DNA from: Macrostomum lignano
Taxonomy: Eukaryota
DNA length: 64,000 bases
Reading direction: 5' to 3'
Assembly (NCBI GenBank): GCA_002269645.1
Contig: NIVC01001022.1
Coordinates: 310,001-374,000 of the forward strand
Each line of letters opens with the position of its first letter. Position 1 is the first letter of the stretch. Made by a program: the position numbers and the translations under genes. The notes under the pieces are model-generated. The model ran no database searches. It had not been told where the DNA came from and worked only from the letters and a program-made list of their open reading frames with translations. Below are positions 12,583 to 25,935 of this stretch, piece by piece.

Positions 12583-13440
12583 AAAAGAGTGAAAATGGGA
12601 GAAGGGAAAGAGTGAAAATGGGAGAAGGGAAAGAGTAAAAATGGGAGAAGGGAAAGAGTAAAAATGGGATAAGAGAAAGAGTACAAATGGGAGAAGAGAA
12701 AGAGTAAAAATGGGAGAAGGGAAAGAGTAAAAATGGGATAAGAGAAAGAGTACAAATGGGAGAAGGGAAAGAGTGAAAATGGGAGAAGGGAAAGAGTTAA
12801 AATGGGAGAAAGGAAAGAGTGAAATTGGAGAAGAGAAAGAGTGAAAATGGGAGAAGAGAAAGAGTGAAAATGGAATAAGAGAAAGAGTGAAAATTGGAGC
12901 AGGGAAAGAGTGAAAATGAGAGAAGGATAAGCGTGCAAATGGGAGAATGGAAAGAGTGAAAATGGGAGAAGAGAAAGAGTGAAAATTGGAGAAAGGAAAG
13001 AGTGAAATTGGAGAATGGAAAGAGTGAAAATGGGAGAAGAGAAAGAGTGAAATTGGAGAAGAGAAAGAGTGAAATTGGAGAAGAGAAAGAGTGAAAATGG
13101 GAGAAGAGAAAGAGTGAAAATGGGAGAAGAGAAAGAGTGAAAATGGGAGAAGAGAAAGAGTGAAAATGGGAGAAAGGAAAGAGTGAAATTGGAGAAGAGA
13201 AAGAGTGAAATTGGAGAAGAGAAAGAGTGAAAATGGAAGAAGAGAAAGAGTGAAAATGGGAGAAGGGAAAGAGTGAAAATGGGAGAAGAGAAAGAGTGAA
13301 AATGGGAGAAAGGAAAGAGTAAAAATAAGAGAAAGGAAAGAGTGAAAATGGAAGAAGAAAAAGAGTGAAAATGGGAAAAGGGAAAGAGTGAAAATGAAAG
13401 AAGAGAGAGTGAAAATGGGAGAAGAGAAAACTGAAAATAG
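12583..13440. repeat. ~23-bp purine-rich minisatellite (GAGTGAAAATGGGAGAAGAGAAA)
   Basis: Tandem array. Confidence 0.93.
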
Positions 13441-13671
13441 GAGGAGAAAATGACTAAAAATCGGAGAAATTATTTGGAAATCAGAGATTAAGAATAAAGA
13501 AATCACAGATGTTTTTAAGTGAAAATTTAAATCGGAAAATATTAAGGTTTTTTAATGAAAGATAAAAGTTCAGCTTCTTACACGCTGTTTATTTATTTTC
13601 TCGTTTATTTGCATTTAAAAATACTTTTTTCCGTGGTAATAACTCTCGCCCTTACATTACAAAATTTTCAG

Positions 13672-14079
13672 CCGCTGGATGAACTCAGCGAGTCGATGGC
13701 GCCAATTCATCCTGGAGTTTCACAGCGTCACCAGTACCTGCTGCTCTTGCTGCTCTTCAGCTTCCATTGCCCCTGGCAACCAGTCGAACTGTTTGTTAAA
13801 TCGTATCGAAGCCCTAGTAACCGAAGCCGAAACTCTATTAATCGATGCCGCTATTGAAACTCGCTCGTCATCGCCAGCCCTGAGCAGCAGGGCCAGTCAG
13901 AATTGCCAGCTGATTTGCGTCGAATCTCAGTACTCAAAGTCGGAAGTGTTGACCCTGTTGCGCCAGTGTCGCCAGACTGTGTTAACTGCTCAAGCATTCA
14001 CAGATGTCGCCAATAATGATAAAGATTTGTCAGCAGAGATTAAGTCGCGCTTAGTAATCGGCAGTGAAGCTGAGGCGAT
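13672..14079 (+). CDS. DMD: Dystrophin exon (spectrin-like repeat)
   Basis: aaattttcag acceptor, phase 2; RWMNSASRWRQFILEFHSV...GSEAEA; AT|GTGAGT donor, phase 2. Confidence 0.82.
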
Positions 14080-14469
14080 GTGAGTGGCAGATCGACTGTC
14101 ATGGACTGCCGCCACTGCCTGTGTATCAATTAAGTATCTGTCTACAGGTCTAAATCAGTAGCATACCCAATATGGAAACGAAGCATTTTTAGTATATTAG
14201 ACTAGCCATCTAGCGCCCCCCCCCCCGAAGGGGCGGCCAATAAGCAAATGATGAAAATTATTTATGTAAATCATTTAAAATGAAAGCACATTTCTTAAAA
14301 GCATTCCTTCTTCAGTTTTATAAATCCCCTTATTCGAGTAAAATTGTCAGGGACAAATATTTGGAGAGCCAACAAATAATAAAGTAATTTTTTGAATAAA
14401 CTAAATGTAGCTTCTGACCTCTTAGCCTTCGCATCTCAGAAATGCCCCCCCGTAAGCCTTGACATCTTG

Positions 14470-14925
14470 GTGTGAACTGCAGGGGTTTATGTGAACTGTG
14501 GGGATTAGTGTGAACTGCCAGGGGGTTATGTGAACTGTAGGGATTAGTGTGAACTGCATAGGGTTTATATGAATTGTAGGGATTTGTGTGAACAGTATGG
14601 GTTTATGGGAACTGTAGAGAGTTGTGTGAACTGCAGTGGTTTGTTTAAATTGTAAGGATTTGTGTGAACTGCAGGGGTTTGTGTGAACTGCAGTGGTTTG
14701 TGTGAACTATAGGGGTTTGTGTGAACTTCAGGGGTTTGTGTGAACTTTAGAGATTGTGTGAACTGCAGGAGTTCGTGTAAATTGTAGGGATTTGTGTGAA
14801 CTGGGTTTGTGTGAATTGTAGGATTTGTGTGAACTGCGGGGGGTTTTGTGAACTACAGGGTTTTGCATGGACCTCCAGGGTTTGTGTGAACAACATCGCA
14901 GGGTTTTTGTGAAATAAGGACCTTA
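14470..14925. repeat. Degenerate ~20-bp repeat (TTGTGTGAACTGCAGGGGT)
   Basis: Tandem, diverged copies. Confidence 0.85.
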
Positions 14926-15924
14926 TGTGAATGGAAAGTTTGACACCTTAGTAGTAGACTAAGTATTAGTCAGAAGTCTACTTGTCTTATTAAGAACTAG
15001 GCTGAGCTGAACTTTTTTAGCATAAAAAATTAATCCAAGCTTTTATAAAGTTCTCTGAATAGCTTAGGATTTATTTTAGAAAATAAAATTCCAAAACTTT
15101 CCAATTATATAGATTAGTACAGCTTAGCTTACCAACAAATACTCAGACCGGTGCCCAGTAATTTATCCCATTTATCCTATTTATCCCATCATCACGCAGA
15201 GTCTGATCTGGCAGTTCAATTCCCCCAATCAAACCGGTGTAGAGGAGCACCCAGCGGTACATGTCTTAAAGCTGTACCTCTCTTATTTTTTTCTTCTCTA
15301 TCCGGCTGATTTTGACGATCGTGAAGTTGACGCGAAGATCTGGGAGTTGTTCCGGGACTCTCTGCTCTGCCCAATTCAATCAGCTTCTAAATTCATCCCA
15401 ACAGTCTAACCCTTCCCTGCCCCGGCTGACTGTGCGCATGGGACTGTCCTCTGCCCCCCCCCCTTGCGAGCCGTTCTACCCTAGAGATTTCAGGGAGATT
15501 CTCTGCATTGGAGATGCTCGTTTGCTTTTTTTCGTCTTTCTTATCTGTCTCTCTCTCTCCCTATCTCTCTCTTCCCCTTCATCCTGTTGCCGGCTTTACT
15601 AACTTCTTTCTCCCCGACTGCATCCAGCTGGTCTGTTTTTTCTGTGTCTAATAATATCTGGCAGAAACTGTCTCTATGTTGAATAGCTCTCTTGTATTTT
15701 AGAGTTCACAAGCGCTGTTTCTCTTTTTTGAGAATTTGTGTATTTTTTCGTGTGTTAGACTTTGACTTTTACTCAAACATTAGTTTTTAAAAGTCTGCGT
15801 TTTTTATGATCCCTCCATTCAAATATGTTCACTTTTATCTAATCACTCTTGTCTAGTCACTAATCACTCTCCTCTTTTCACTTTACCTATCTACCCTTCC
15901 TAATGACCACTCCCCTCTCGTTTC

Positions 15925-16492
15925 TTCACTGTCCTTCCTTCACTCCCGTCTCTTCACTCTCCCACTCTCCTTCCTTCACACCCGTCTCTTCACTGTCCTT
16001 CCTTCACTCCCGTCTCTTCACTCTCCTTCCTTCACTCCCGTCTCTTCACTCTCCTTCCTTCACTCCCGTCTCTTCACTCTCCTTCCTTCACTCCCGTCTC
16101 TTCACTCTCCTTCCTTCACTCCCGTCTCTTCACTCTCCTTTCACGCCCGTCTCTTCACCCTCTCCTTCCTTCACTCCCGTCTCTTCACTCTCCTTCCTTC
16201 ACTCCCGTCTCTTCACTCCTTCCTTCACACCCGTCTCTTCACTCTCCTTCCTTCACACCCGTCTCTTCACTCTCCTTCCTTCACTCCCGTCTCTTCACTC
16301 TCCTTCCTTCACTCCCGTCTCTTTACTCTCCTTTCAGTCCCGTCTCTTCACCCTCTGCTTCCTTCACTCCCGTCTCTTCACTCTCCTTCATTCACTCCCG
16401 TCTCTTCACTCTCCTTCATTCACTCTCGTCTCTTCACTCTCCTTTCACTCCCGTCTCTTCACTCTCCTTCCTTCACTCTCGTCTCTTCACTG
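15925..16492. repeat. ~28-bp CT-rich minisatellite (CTTCACTCCCGTCTCTTCACTCTCCTTC)
   Basis: Tandem array. Confidence 0.92.
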
Positions 16493-17489
16493 CCCCCTTT
16501 GTCTCTATCTCGCTCTAGCAGTTCTTTCTCACTTCCTACTCTTTCTTTACATCGCAACTTAGTCTCAAAGCTATGTGTTAGCACCGCTGTGAAAGCTTTC
16601 TAATAAGATTTTGGCATAACAGTGAACAATCGCTATAAGAATTAAGTGTGAGCTCCTATTCACTTTTGTGTTTTCTACGCCAACCAAAATTGATCTTTTT
16701 TCGTCTGTCTCTCATTTTCGCTGTGCCTGCTTTCTGTTTTTCTGATTGCAACTTTTTTTTGGGGGGGGGGGGGTTGCTTCTCTTCTTCAGATATCCAGCT
16801 AACTTGGCTACTGCGCGGAGGTGACCAGCCTTAATTAGCCTGCGGACACGGAGCAGTTGAAAGATTGGCATGAGGGTGTGTGTGGGGGGGGGTTACCTGA
16901 CCTAGCAGCGTCTTTCGCTACCTAATTAGTGCTTAGTGTGTTTTTTATTTACTAGTATTGCAGGGATCTGGAATTTTCGTACTTTTCATTGTAGTAGTAT
17001 ATGGCACCGCATTCCGGAGTTAATTGTAGTTTCAATGCAACCTAGCTTAGTATATTTCATATTGATATTTTTGGCTTTGTAATGCGTAGGTAATTTCAGT
17101 AGCAATTTTCGCACCCCTCATCTAGAAATGCATTTGAGGATGGCAGCTGAGATGCAGAATGCCAGAGATAAAGAGAGAGAGAGGGAGAGAAGTGTATGAC
17201 GTGATCGAGAAATGCAATATAAAATCAAATAAAAAATCCTCGTGTGAATACACATTACCAGGCCAATAACATGTCGATATTGGCTAATCCCGCACCTCCG
17301 TGGCCTGCTGTTTGGGCGGCAATGTTTTTGAGTATCAAGTTTTTTTGTACCCAATCATGTATTTGCTATGCGCTGTTATGCACGGCTGTCTACTCAGATT
17401 ACTAATTCTATTTTTCCGGGAAATGGGCAGATATGACTGGCGGATGCTAAGACAGACAGACAGACGGGCAGACGCTAAAACACAAATTT

Positions 17490-18290
17490 GGACCGACAGA
17501 CACAGACACTAGGACAGACACAGACACTAAGACAGACACAGACACTAAGACAGACACAGACACTAGGACAGACACAGACACTAAGACAGACACAGACACT
17601 AAGACAGACACAGACACTAGGACAGACACAGACACTAAGACAGACACAGACACTAGGACAGACACAGACACTAGGACAGACACAGACACTAAGACAGACA
17701 CAGACATTAAGGCAGACACAGACATTAAGGCAGACACAGACACTCAAGCAGACGCAGACACTGAGACAGACACAGGCATTAAGGCAGACACAGACACTCA
17801 AGCAGACGCAGACACTGAGACAGACACAGGCATTAAGGCAGACACAGACACTCAAGCAGACACGGACACTAAGACAGACTCTAAGACAGATACAGACAAT
17901 AGGACAGACACAGACACTAAGGCAGACACAGACACTCAAGCAGACGCAGACACTGAGACAGACACAGGCACTCAAGCAGACGCAGACACTGAGACAGACA
18001 CAGGCATTAAGGCAGACACAGACACTCAAGCAGACGCAGACACTGAGACAAACACAGGCATTAAGGCAGACACAGACACTCAAGCAGACAAGGACACTAA
18101 GACAGACTCCAAGACAGGCACAGACACTAAGAGACACAGAAATGAAGGCAGACACATAGACACTAAGACAGACGCAGACATTAAGGCAGGCACATCGACA
18201 CCCAGACAGACAGAGACACTAAGACGGAAAGAGGCATTAAGGCAGACACAGACACTAAGACAGACACAGGCATTAAGGCAGACACAGACG
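17490..18290. repeat. 18-bp minisatellite (GACACAGACACTAAGACA)
   Basis: Tandem array related to (GACA)n. Confidence 0.92.
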
Positions 18291-18738
18291 AAGACATACA
18301 CTAATACAGCCAAACTAATAACTATTGTGAATTTAAGATTCATTTTAAACCCTACAAAACTAATGTAAGCAGTTCGCCCTCTGACAAAAATCTGTGCCCA
18401 TCCAGTGCATCTCCTTTGCGGAGCTTCTATGCACACACACACGGGTTAGTGAGTAAGCAAACTCGCTAGTAGTAAGAGATAGAAATAGAAAAAGCTGCGC
18501 ATATTCTTTCTTAGAATCGATCCGCGAGTTGTCCAGATTAGAGAGGCAGGCTATAGCTGCTTGTGGGTGGAGAGAGTGAGAGCCTGTATAACTGGAGGAG
18601 TAAGGCCGTTATTGATCGGTTTCGCTACTCTTGCTACTAGCAGCAGTTCTGTGTTTTACTGAAATAATTCTAAAAAAACTGCCGAGTGTTTTAAGGGTAT
18701 GTTTGTTCGTTCGTTGTGGGACAAAGTCTTAGAATTTG

Positions 18739-18930
18739 CGGTAATCGGTTAGAGCGTCGGCACTCACGACTGAAAGGTCGGGGTTCGATTCTCGACCCCT
18801 TAGGAACAATTAGTGTCATTGAGCAAGACACTTAACTCTGCATTGCTTCAGTTCACCCAGCTGTAAAATGGCTGTCAGCATTAGCTGGGGTAATTGAGGC
18901 TGTGTGTGGCGACCCCCCACCGTCCTTTGA
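18739..18930 (+). mobile_element. tRNA-derived SINE family 2 (CORE-like)
   Basis: Head AGAGCGTCGGCACTCACGACTGAAAGGTCGGGGTTCGATTC followed by GTGTCATTGAGCAAGACACTTAACTCTGCATTGCTTCAGTTCACCCAGCTGTAAAATGG. Confidence 0.75.
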
Positions 18931-19119
18931 ACTGCAGGTGTAATCAATTATTATTATTTTATTAATATTACTTGTTTGCGACCTTCTCAACCGCTGTAAC
19001 AAGATTTGACTTTTTAAACATTCAAACCTTGATGTACGCATAAAAACCACTAATTAGATGACGAGGCATTATCCTAGAGCAATAGAGTCATACCTAATCC
19101 CCTTTGTTTACCTCTCCAG

Positions 19120-19477
19120 GTCTAGCTCAGTCACGTCAACTCCGACGCATTCGATTCGCTCCCTGCCGTCTGCCGAGGCCGCCACCCAGCTGGAGGATTT
19201 AACAAAGGAATGCGACTCCCTGCTGGCTTGGCTGACTCGCGCCAAAGCTACCGTAGAGTCTGGCGCCGAGCGCCATTCTAAGCGCCAATTATTGCTAGCG
19301 GACGATCTGCCTGGTCACCGGCGACTGCTGACTGAACTGGCCGGAGTTCAGACCGGCCTGGAGACCGAGGGTGTTCGCGTCAGTGAACTGCTGGGCGCTT
19401 GCGAGCGGCTGGCATCGGGTCCTGCGGCGGCACAGCAGCAGCACCAGATTGCTGCTTTTAAAGAGAAAGCCGATAAG
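19120..19477 (+). CDS. DMD: Dystrophin exon (spectrin-like repeat)
   Basis: cctctccag acceptor, phase 2; helix-A-like LEDLTKECDSLLAWLTRAKATV; AAG|GTTTGT donor, phase 0. Confidence 0.85.
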
Positions 19478-19643
19478 GTTTGTTGTTTTGTTACCTAGTA
19501 AATTCTTAGCAAGATGTGTTTAATAATTTTCTCAATTTTCTTGATTTCCCAAAAATATTTATCATATTCAATTTTGTCGCCTAATTTCTTAGCGGGGGCT
19601 TTATATCTCTGAAAAGCAGCTTCTTTCAAAACTCCTTCACTTC

Positions 19644-20193
19644 GTATCTCCGACACTTCATATCTCCGACATTTCATATCTCCGACACTTCATATCTCTG
19701 ACAATTCATATCTCCGACATTTCATATCTCCGACACTTCATATCTCTGACAATTCATATCTCCGACATTTCATATCTCCGACATTTCATATCTCCGACAT
19801 TTCATATCTCCGACACTTCATATCTCTGACAATTCATATCTCCGACATTTCATATCTCCGACATTTCATATCTCCGACACTTCATATCTCTGACAATTCA
19901 TATCTCCGACACTTCATATCTCCGACATTTCATATCTCCGACATTTCATATCTCCGACACTTCATATCTCCGACACTTCATATCTCCGACATTTCATATC
20001 TCCGACATTTCATATCTCCGACACTTCATATCTCCGACACTTCATATCTCCGACACTTCATATCTCCGACATTTCATATCTCCGACACTTCATATCTCTG
20101 ACAATTCATATCTCCGACATTTCATATCTCCGACACTTCATATCTCTGACAATTCATATCTCCGACATTTCATCTCTCCGACACTTCATATCT
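19644..20193. repeat. 16-bp minisatellite (CATATCTCCGACATTT/CACTT)
   Basis: About 34 tandem copies. Confidence 0.95.
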
Positions 20194-20283
20194 TTAGAAA
20201 CCATAATAATAAAAAGCAAATCGCACTACTGATTTTTCAAACTAAACAAGTAGTATAAACTTTGTTCTTGAACACGCGCGCAG

Positions 20284-20868
20284 GTCGGCAATCTGTACAG
20301 CCAACTGCAGCTGACCGTAGCGGAGAGGCAGCTGGCTCTGGAATCCGACATCTGCTCTCTAGAAGCGTTCCAAGCCTCTCTAGACGACCTGGAGTCTTGG
20401 ATAGCCAACCAGCTGGTCAGCACTCCAACTTCTCAGGTTGGCGACATGACGTCGGAGCAGCGTCTGGCCCTGGTGGACATCAGCCCGAGAGACTGGTCCG
20501 ACCGAGAGACCGAGTATCGATTATTAACCGAACGGTACTCAACTATGCTGGACGGCCGGCCGGACAATGCCAGCGACTGTGGAGTCAGCGACTCGTTAAA
20601 AACTCGAATGCGCTCACTAGCCAGTGATTGGCTGCGACTAGTTGCTATGTACACCGAGGCCAACCAATCGGCGAGTCCCAGCGCGATTACGCCTCAACGA
20701 CCTCAAACTGTGTCCTCATCTGCTGCTCCTCTATCGTCATCTTCAGCCTCCCCATCGCCAGTATTTGATCCGCAGTCGCTCCATCATTTGGCTGCCTGGC
20801 TGGAGAAAATTCATCATTTTTTGAAGAATCAACGAATTACTATTGGCAAACTGCCAGACTGCGATGAC
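20284..20868 (+). CDS. DMD: Dystrophin exon (spectrin-like repeats)
   Basis: cgcag acceptor, phase 0; LEAFQASLDDLESWIANQL and LHHLAAWLEKIHHFL spectrin helix-A patterns; GAC|GTGAGT donor; 585 nt. Confidence 0.85.
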
Positions 20869-20880
20869 GTGAGTTGCATT

Positions 20881-21822
20881 TGAATCTCATGTGAGAGTCG
20901 CCCTGAATCTCATATGAGAGTCGCCTGAATCTCATGTGAGAATTGCCCTGAATCTCATGTGAGAGTCGCCCTGAATCTCATGTGAGAATTGCCCTGAATC
21001 TCATGTGAGAGTCGCCCTGAATCTCATGTGAGAATCGCCCTGAATCTCATGTGAGAGTCGCCCTGAATCTCATGTGAGAATTGCCCTGAATCTCATGTGA
21101 GAGTCGCCCTGAATCTCATGTGAGAATTGCCCTGAATCTCATGTGAGAGTCGCCCTGAATCTCATGTGAGAATCGCCCTGAATTTCATGTGAGAGTCGCC
21201 CTGAATCTCATGTGAGAGTCGCCCTGAATCTCATGTGAGAATCGCCCTGAATTTCATCTGAAAGTCGCCCTGAATCTCATGTGAGAGTCGCCCTGAATCT
21301 CATGTGAGAATTGCCCTGAATCTCATGTGAGAATCGCCCTGAATCTCATCTTAGAGTCGCCCTGAATCTCATGAGAATCGCCCTGAATCTCATCTGAAAG
21401 TCGCCCTGAATCTCATGTGAGAATCGCCCTGAATCTCATCTGAGAGTCGCCCTGAATCTCATGAGAATCGCCCTGAATCTCATCTGAAAGTCGCCCTGAA
21501 TCTCATCTGAGAGTCGCCCTGAATCTCATGTGAGAATCGCCCTGAATCTCATGTGAGAATCGCCCTGAATCTCATATGAGAATCGCCCTGAATCTCATCT
21601 GAAAGTCGCCCTGAATCTCATGTGAGAATTGCCCTGAATCTCATGTGGAAATCGCCCTGAATCTCATCTGAGAGTCGCCCTGAATCTCATCTGAAAGTCG
21701 CCCTGAATATCATCTGAGAGTCGCCCTGAATCTCATGTGAGAATCGCCCTGAATCTCATGTAAGAGTCGCCCTGAATCTCATCTGAGAGTCGCCCCGAAT
21801 CCCATATGAGAATCGCCTTGAA
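20881..21822. repeat. 23-bp minisatellite (GAGAGTCGCCCTGAATCTCATGT)
   Basis: About 40 copies starting 12 nt after the donor at 20869. Confidence 0.95.
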
Positions 21823-22106
21823 TCCAAAAAGAAAATTGATCTATTCTAAATTCATACTGGTAGTTACCACGCCTGTAAAAAAATGATTCACTTGAGTTCA
21901 CACGGTGTGTAAAGTGAATGAGTTTACCATCTGTGATCACTAGAATATGTTCTTTTGAGTTCACTAAATGTCACTCAAAAACCACTGAACCTTTTCCTGC
22001 TGTATGCATCTGTAGAAAAAAGTTCTAAAAAACCCTAATTTCTACTCAATCGCCTTAAATAAGTAGTGCAGAAAGAACACGCTAAAACTCAATCTCACTG
22101 TTCCAG

Positions 22107-22272
22107 TCGGACCTGTCCCGTCAGTCCATAGCCAGCGTGGACAGCTTAAGCCCGAACGATGCCCTGGTGAAAGTGAAGAACTACATCAACGAGCTGGAGT
22201 CTCGCAGAGACGGTCTGCGTGAAGTCAAGACTCTATTGCGGAGGAAACAGAATTTTCCTTACAATACTCAAG
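22107..22272 (+). CDS. DMD: Dystrophin exon (spectrin-like repeat)
   Basis: ttccag acceptor, phase 0; SDLSRQSIASVDSLSPNDALVKVKNYINELESRRDGLREVKTLL...; G|GTGAGT donor, phase 1. Confidence 0.85.
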
Positions 22273-22352
22273 GTGAGTATATTGGTCTTTGTTTGGGGCT
22301 TAATGCGCTTTAATCGGTTCTTGATGCTTTAGGATTCGATTTTCGATTCGCT

Positions 22353-22610
22353 GTGAAAATCGCCCTGAATCTCATGAGAATCGCCTTGAATCCTATATGA
22401 GAATCGCCTTGAATCCTATATGAGAATCACCCTGAATCTCATATGAGAATCACCCTGAATCTCATGAGCATCACCCTGAATCTCATATGAGAATCGCTCT
22501 GAATCTCATATGAGAATCGCCCTGAAACTCATATAAGAATCGCCCTGAATCTCATATGAGAATCGCCCTGAATCTAATATGAGAATCGCCCTGAATCCCA
22601 TATGAGAATC
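22353..22610. repeat. Second array of the same 23-bp family (GAGAATCGCCCTGAATCTCATAT)
   Basis: Same unit in the next intron. Confidence 0.9.
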
Positions 22611-23129
22611 TTTTAAAAAACTTGTAGATATGAGAGTTGCACAGTGAATAATCTAATTAAAAAAGCTTCTCTTATTAATAAAGTATCAAATTCACATTCT
22701 TTACAAATTTGCGCTTATATTTATGTGGTGTACGTAATCAGGTCAATGCAAAGAAATAATATCAATATCTGTATTTCTTTGTGACTTATTACTTTTTTAA
22801 TTAAACTACTGTAAGAAGAAATTCAGCTCTCAGTTATTAGCTGTTAACCTCCTTCGCTCTCTCTCACACACTTTCTGGATGAAATCGACAGAGTAGGTGT
22901 CAAGTTAAATTAACATTCCTAATTTGGAATATCTTACGCAATTAGTGCAATGGCTCCTTACCCGTGTAGAATTCTTGCACAAAGTACAATTTTGGCTAGG
23001 AGGACCTTTTTCCTCGCTTATGACACAGATCTCAAATATGAAGTACGATATAACTTAAAATATCGATTAAGAATTGTATTGTAGTGCTTTTTCTTCTTGC
23101 ATACATGTACTTTAACTAAAAGAGCACAT

Positions 23130-23195
23130 AGAAGTTGGACAGACAGACAGGCAGGCAGGAAGGCAGACAGACAGACAGACAGATACTAATTAGGC

Positions 23196-23226
<31 letters not shown>

Positions 23227-23261
23227 GGCAGACAGACAGATAGACAGACAGGCAGACAGAC

Positions 23262-23306
<45 letters not shown>

Positions 23307-23433
23307 CTAAGACAGACAGACAGACACTTAGACAGACAGACAGACACTAAGACAGACAGACAGACACTTAGACAGGCAGGCAGACACTAAGACAGACAGA
23401 CAGACACTTAGACAGGCAGGCAGACAGACAGGC

Positions 23434-23496
<63 letters not shown>

Positions 23497-23560
23497 GACT
23501 AAGACAGACAGACAGACACTAAGACAGACAGACAGACACTAAGACAGACAGACAGACACT

Positions 23561-23646
<86 letters not shown>

Positions 23647-23677
23647 GGCAGACAGACAGGCAGACAGACAGGCAGGC

Positions 23678-23722
<45 letters not shown>

Positions 23723-23780
23723 GGCAGACAGACAGACAGGCAGACAGACAGGCAGACAGACAGGCAGGCAGACACTATAA
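23130..23780. repeat. (GACA)n microsatellite
   Basis: Direct reading. Confidence 0.95.
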
Positions 23781-24315
23781 GGCAGTCCAAACAGACGGAG
23801 GGTCAGTGACTAAGTCACGTAGACACAAAAGATAGACAGACCACAAACACTGATAGACAAGAGTGGCTGATAGAGACAAACATCTGAATCTATTAGTCTC
23901 AGTTCTTAGTAGTGGCTAGTATCAATAATTCCCATTGCAAAAGTTTCTGCTGTGTTTTCTGTCCCGAGTACAAATAAAACGCTGGATTTAACTAGCAGCT
24001 ATTGTACTTTCACGCAGGTGTATCTCTAGAAGCTAATTTGACACGTTTCAATCTGTTTTGTTTGCACGACACTGATTATTATAAGGCTGGAACACGAGAG
24101 CGTTCGAGTCAATGCGGCAGGATCTGCTAACTGCCTGTTTATAAAGCTTATATGCGTCACATGTGGAAAGCTGATATCAACAGGCTTGTGTAGCTGCTGC
24201 TGAGAAGCTCTGATTGTATCAATCAGTTTTTTTGCATCATATTTCTCCAACAAGCTAGCTTTGTTACAATGGCTTTAAAGAGAAAAAAGTATCAATGAAT
24301 CGATAAATTCTCCTC

Positions 24316-25935
24316 GAGAATCGCCTTAAAGTCGCTATGAGAATCACCCTGAAATGCTATGAGAATCTCTCCAAAGTCGCTGTGAGAATCACCCAGAAAT
24401 TTTTACGAGAATCTCTCCAACGTCGCTATGAAAATCACTCTGAAATGCTATGAGAATCTCTCCAAAGTCGCTGTGAGAGTCACCCTGAAATGTTATGAGA
24501 ATCTCTCCAAAGTCGCTGTGAGAGTCACCCTGAAATGTCATGAGAATCTCTCCAAAGTCGCTGTGAGAGTCACCCTGAAATGTTATGAGAATCTCTCCAA
24601 AGTCGCTGTGAGAGTCACCCTGAAATGTCATGAGAATCTCTCCAAAGTCGCTGTGAGAGTCACCCTGAAATGTCATGAGAATCTCTCCAAAGTCGCTGTG
24701 AGAGTCACTCTGAAATGCTATGAGAATCTCTCCAAAGTCGCTGTGAGAGTCACCCTGAAATGTCATGAAAATCTCTCCAAAGTCGCTGTGAGAGTCACCC
24801 TGAAATGTCATGAAAATCTCTCCAAAGTCGCTGTGAGAGTCACCCTGAAATGCTATGAGAATCTCTCCAAAGTCGCTGTGAGAGTCACCCTGAAATGTCA
24901 TGAAAATCTCTCCAAAGTCGCTGTGAGAGTCACCCTGAAATGTCATGAAAATCTCTCCAAAGTCGCTGTGAGAGTCACCCTGAAATGTTATGAGAATCTC
25001 TCCAAAGTCGCTGTGAGAGTCACCCTGAAATGTCATGAGAATCTCTCCAAAGTCGCTGTGAGAGTCACCCTGAAATGTCATGAAAATCTCTCCAAAGTCG
25101 CTGTGAGAGTCACCCTGAAATGTCATGAAAATCTCTCCAAAGTCGCTGTGAGAAGAATCACCTGAAATGCTATGAGAATCACCCTGAAATGCTATGAGAA
25201 TCTCTCCAAAGTCGCTGTGAGAGTCACCCTGAAAGGTAATGAGAAACACTCCAAATTCACTGTGAGAATCACCCTGAAATATCATGAGAATCTTTCAAAA
25301 GTCGCTGTGAGAATCACCCTGAAATGCTATGAGAATCTCTCCAAGGTCGCTGTGAGAATCACCCTGAAATTTTAACGAGAATCTCTCCAAAGTCGCTATA
25401 AGAATCACCCTGAAATGCTATGAGAATCACCCTGAAATGCTATGAGAATCTCTCCAAAGTCGCTGTGAGAATCACCCTGAAATGCTATGAGAATCTCTCC
25501 AAAGTCGCTGTGAGAATCACCCTCAAATTTTAACGAGAATCTCTCCAAAGTCGCTATAAGAATCACCCTGAAATGCTATGAGAATCACCCTGAAATGCTA
25601 TGAGAATCACCCTGAAATGCTATGAAAATCTCTCCAAAGTCGCTGTGAGAATCACCCTGAAATGCTATGAGAATCTCTCCAAGGTCGCTGTGAGAATCAC
25701 CCTGAAATTTTAACGAGAATCTCTCCAAAGTCGCTATAAGAATCACCCTGAAATGCTATGAGAATCACCCTGAAATACTATGAGAATCACCCTGAAATGC
25801 TATGAAAATCTCTCCAAAGTCGCTGTGAGAGTCACCCTGAAATGTCATTAGAATCTCTCCAAAGTCGCTGTGAGATTCACCCTGAAATTTTATGAGAATC
25901 TCTCCAAAGTCGCTGTGGGAATCACCCGGAAAATT
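24316..25935. repeat. 45-bp minisatellite (GAGAATCTCTCCAAAGTCGCTGTGAGAGTCACCCTGAAATGTCAT)
   Basis: Tandem array; the unit splits into 23+22 bp halves. Confidence 0.95.

Noticed and set aside
24018-24135. Acceptor-like CTTTCACGCAG followed by an open frame, or a recursive AG|GT site
   Set aside because: The frame hits a stop after ~37 codons with no good donor, and GTGTAT is a weak donor
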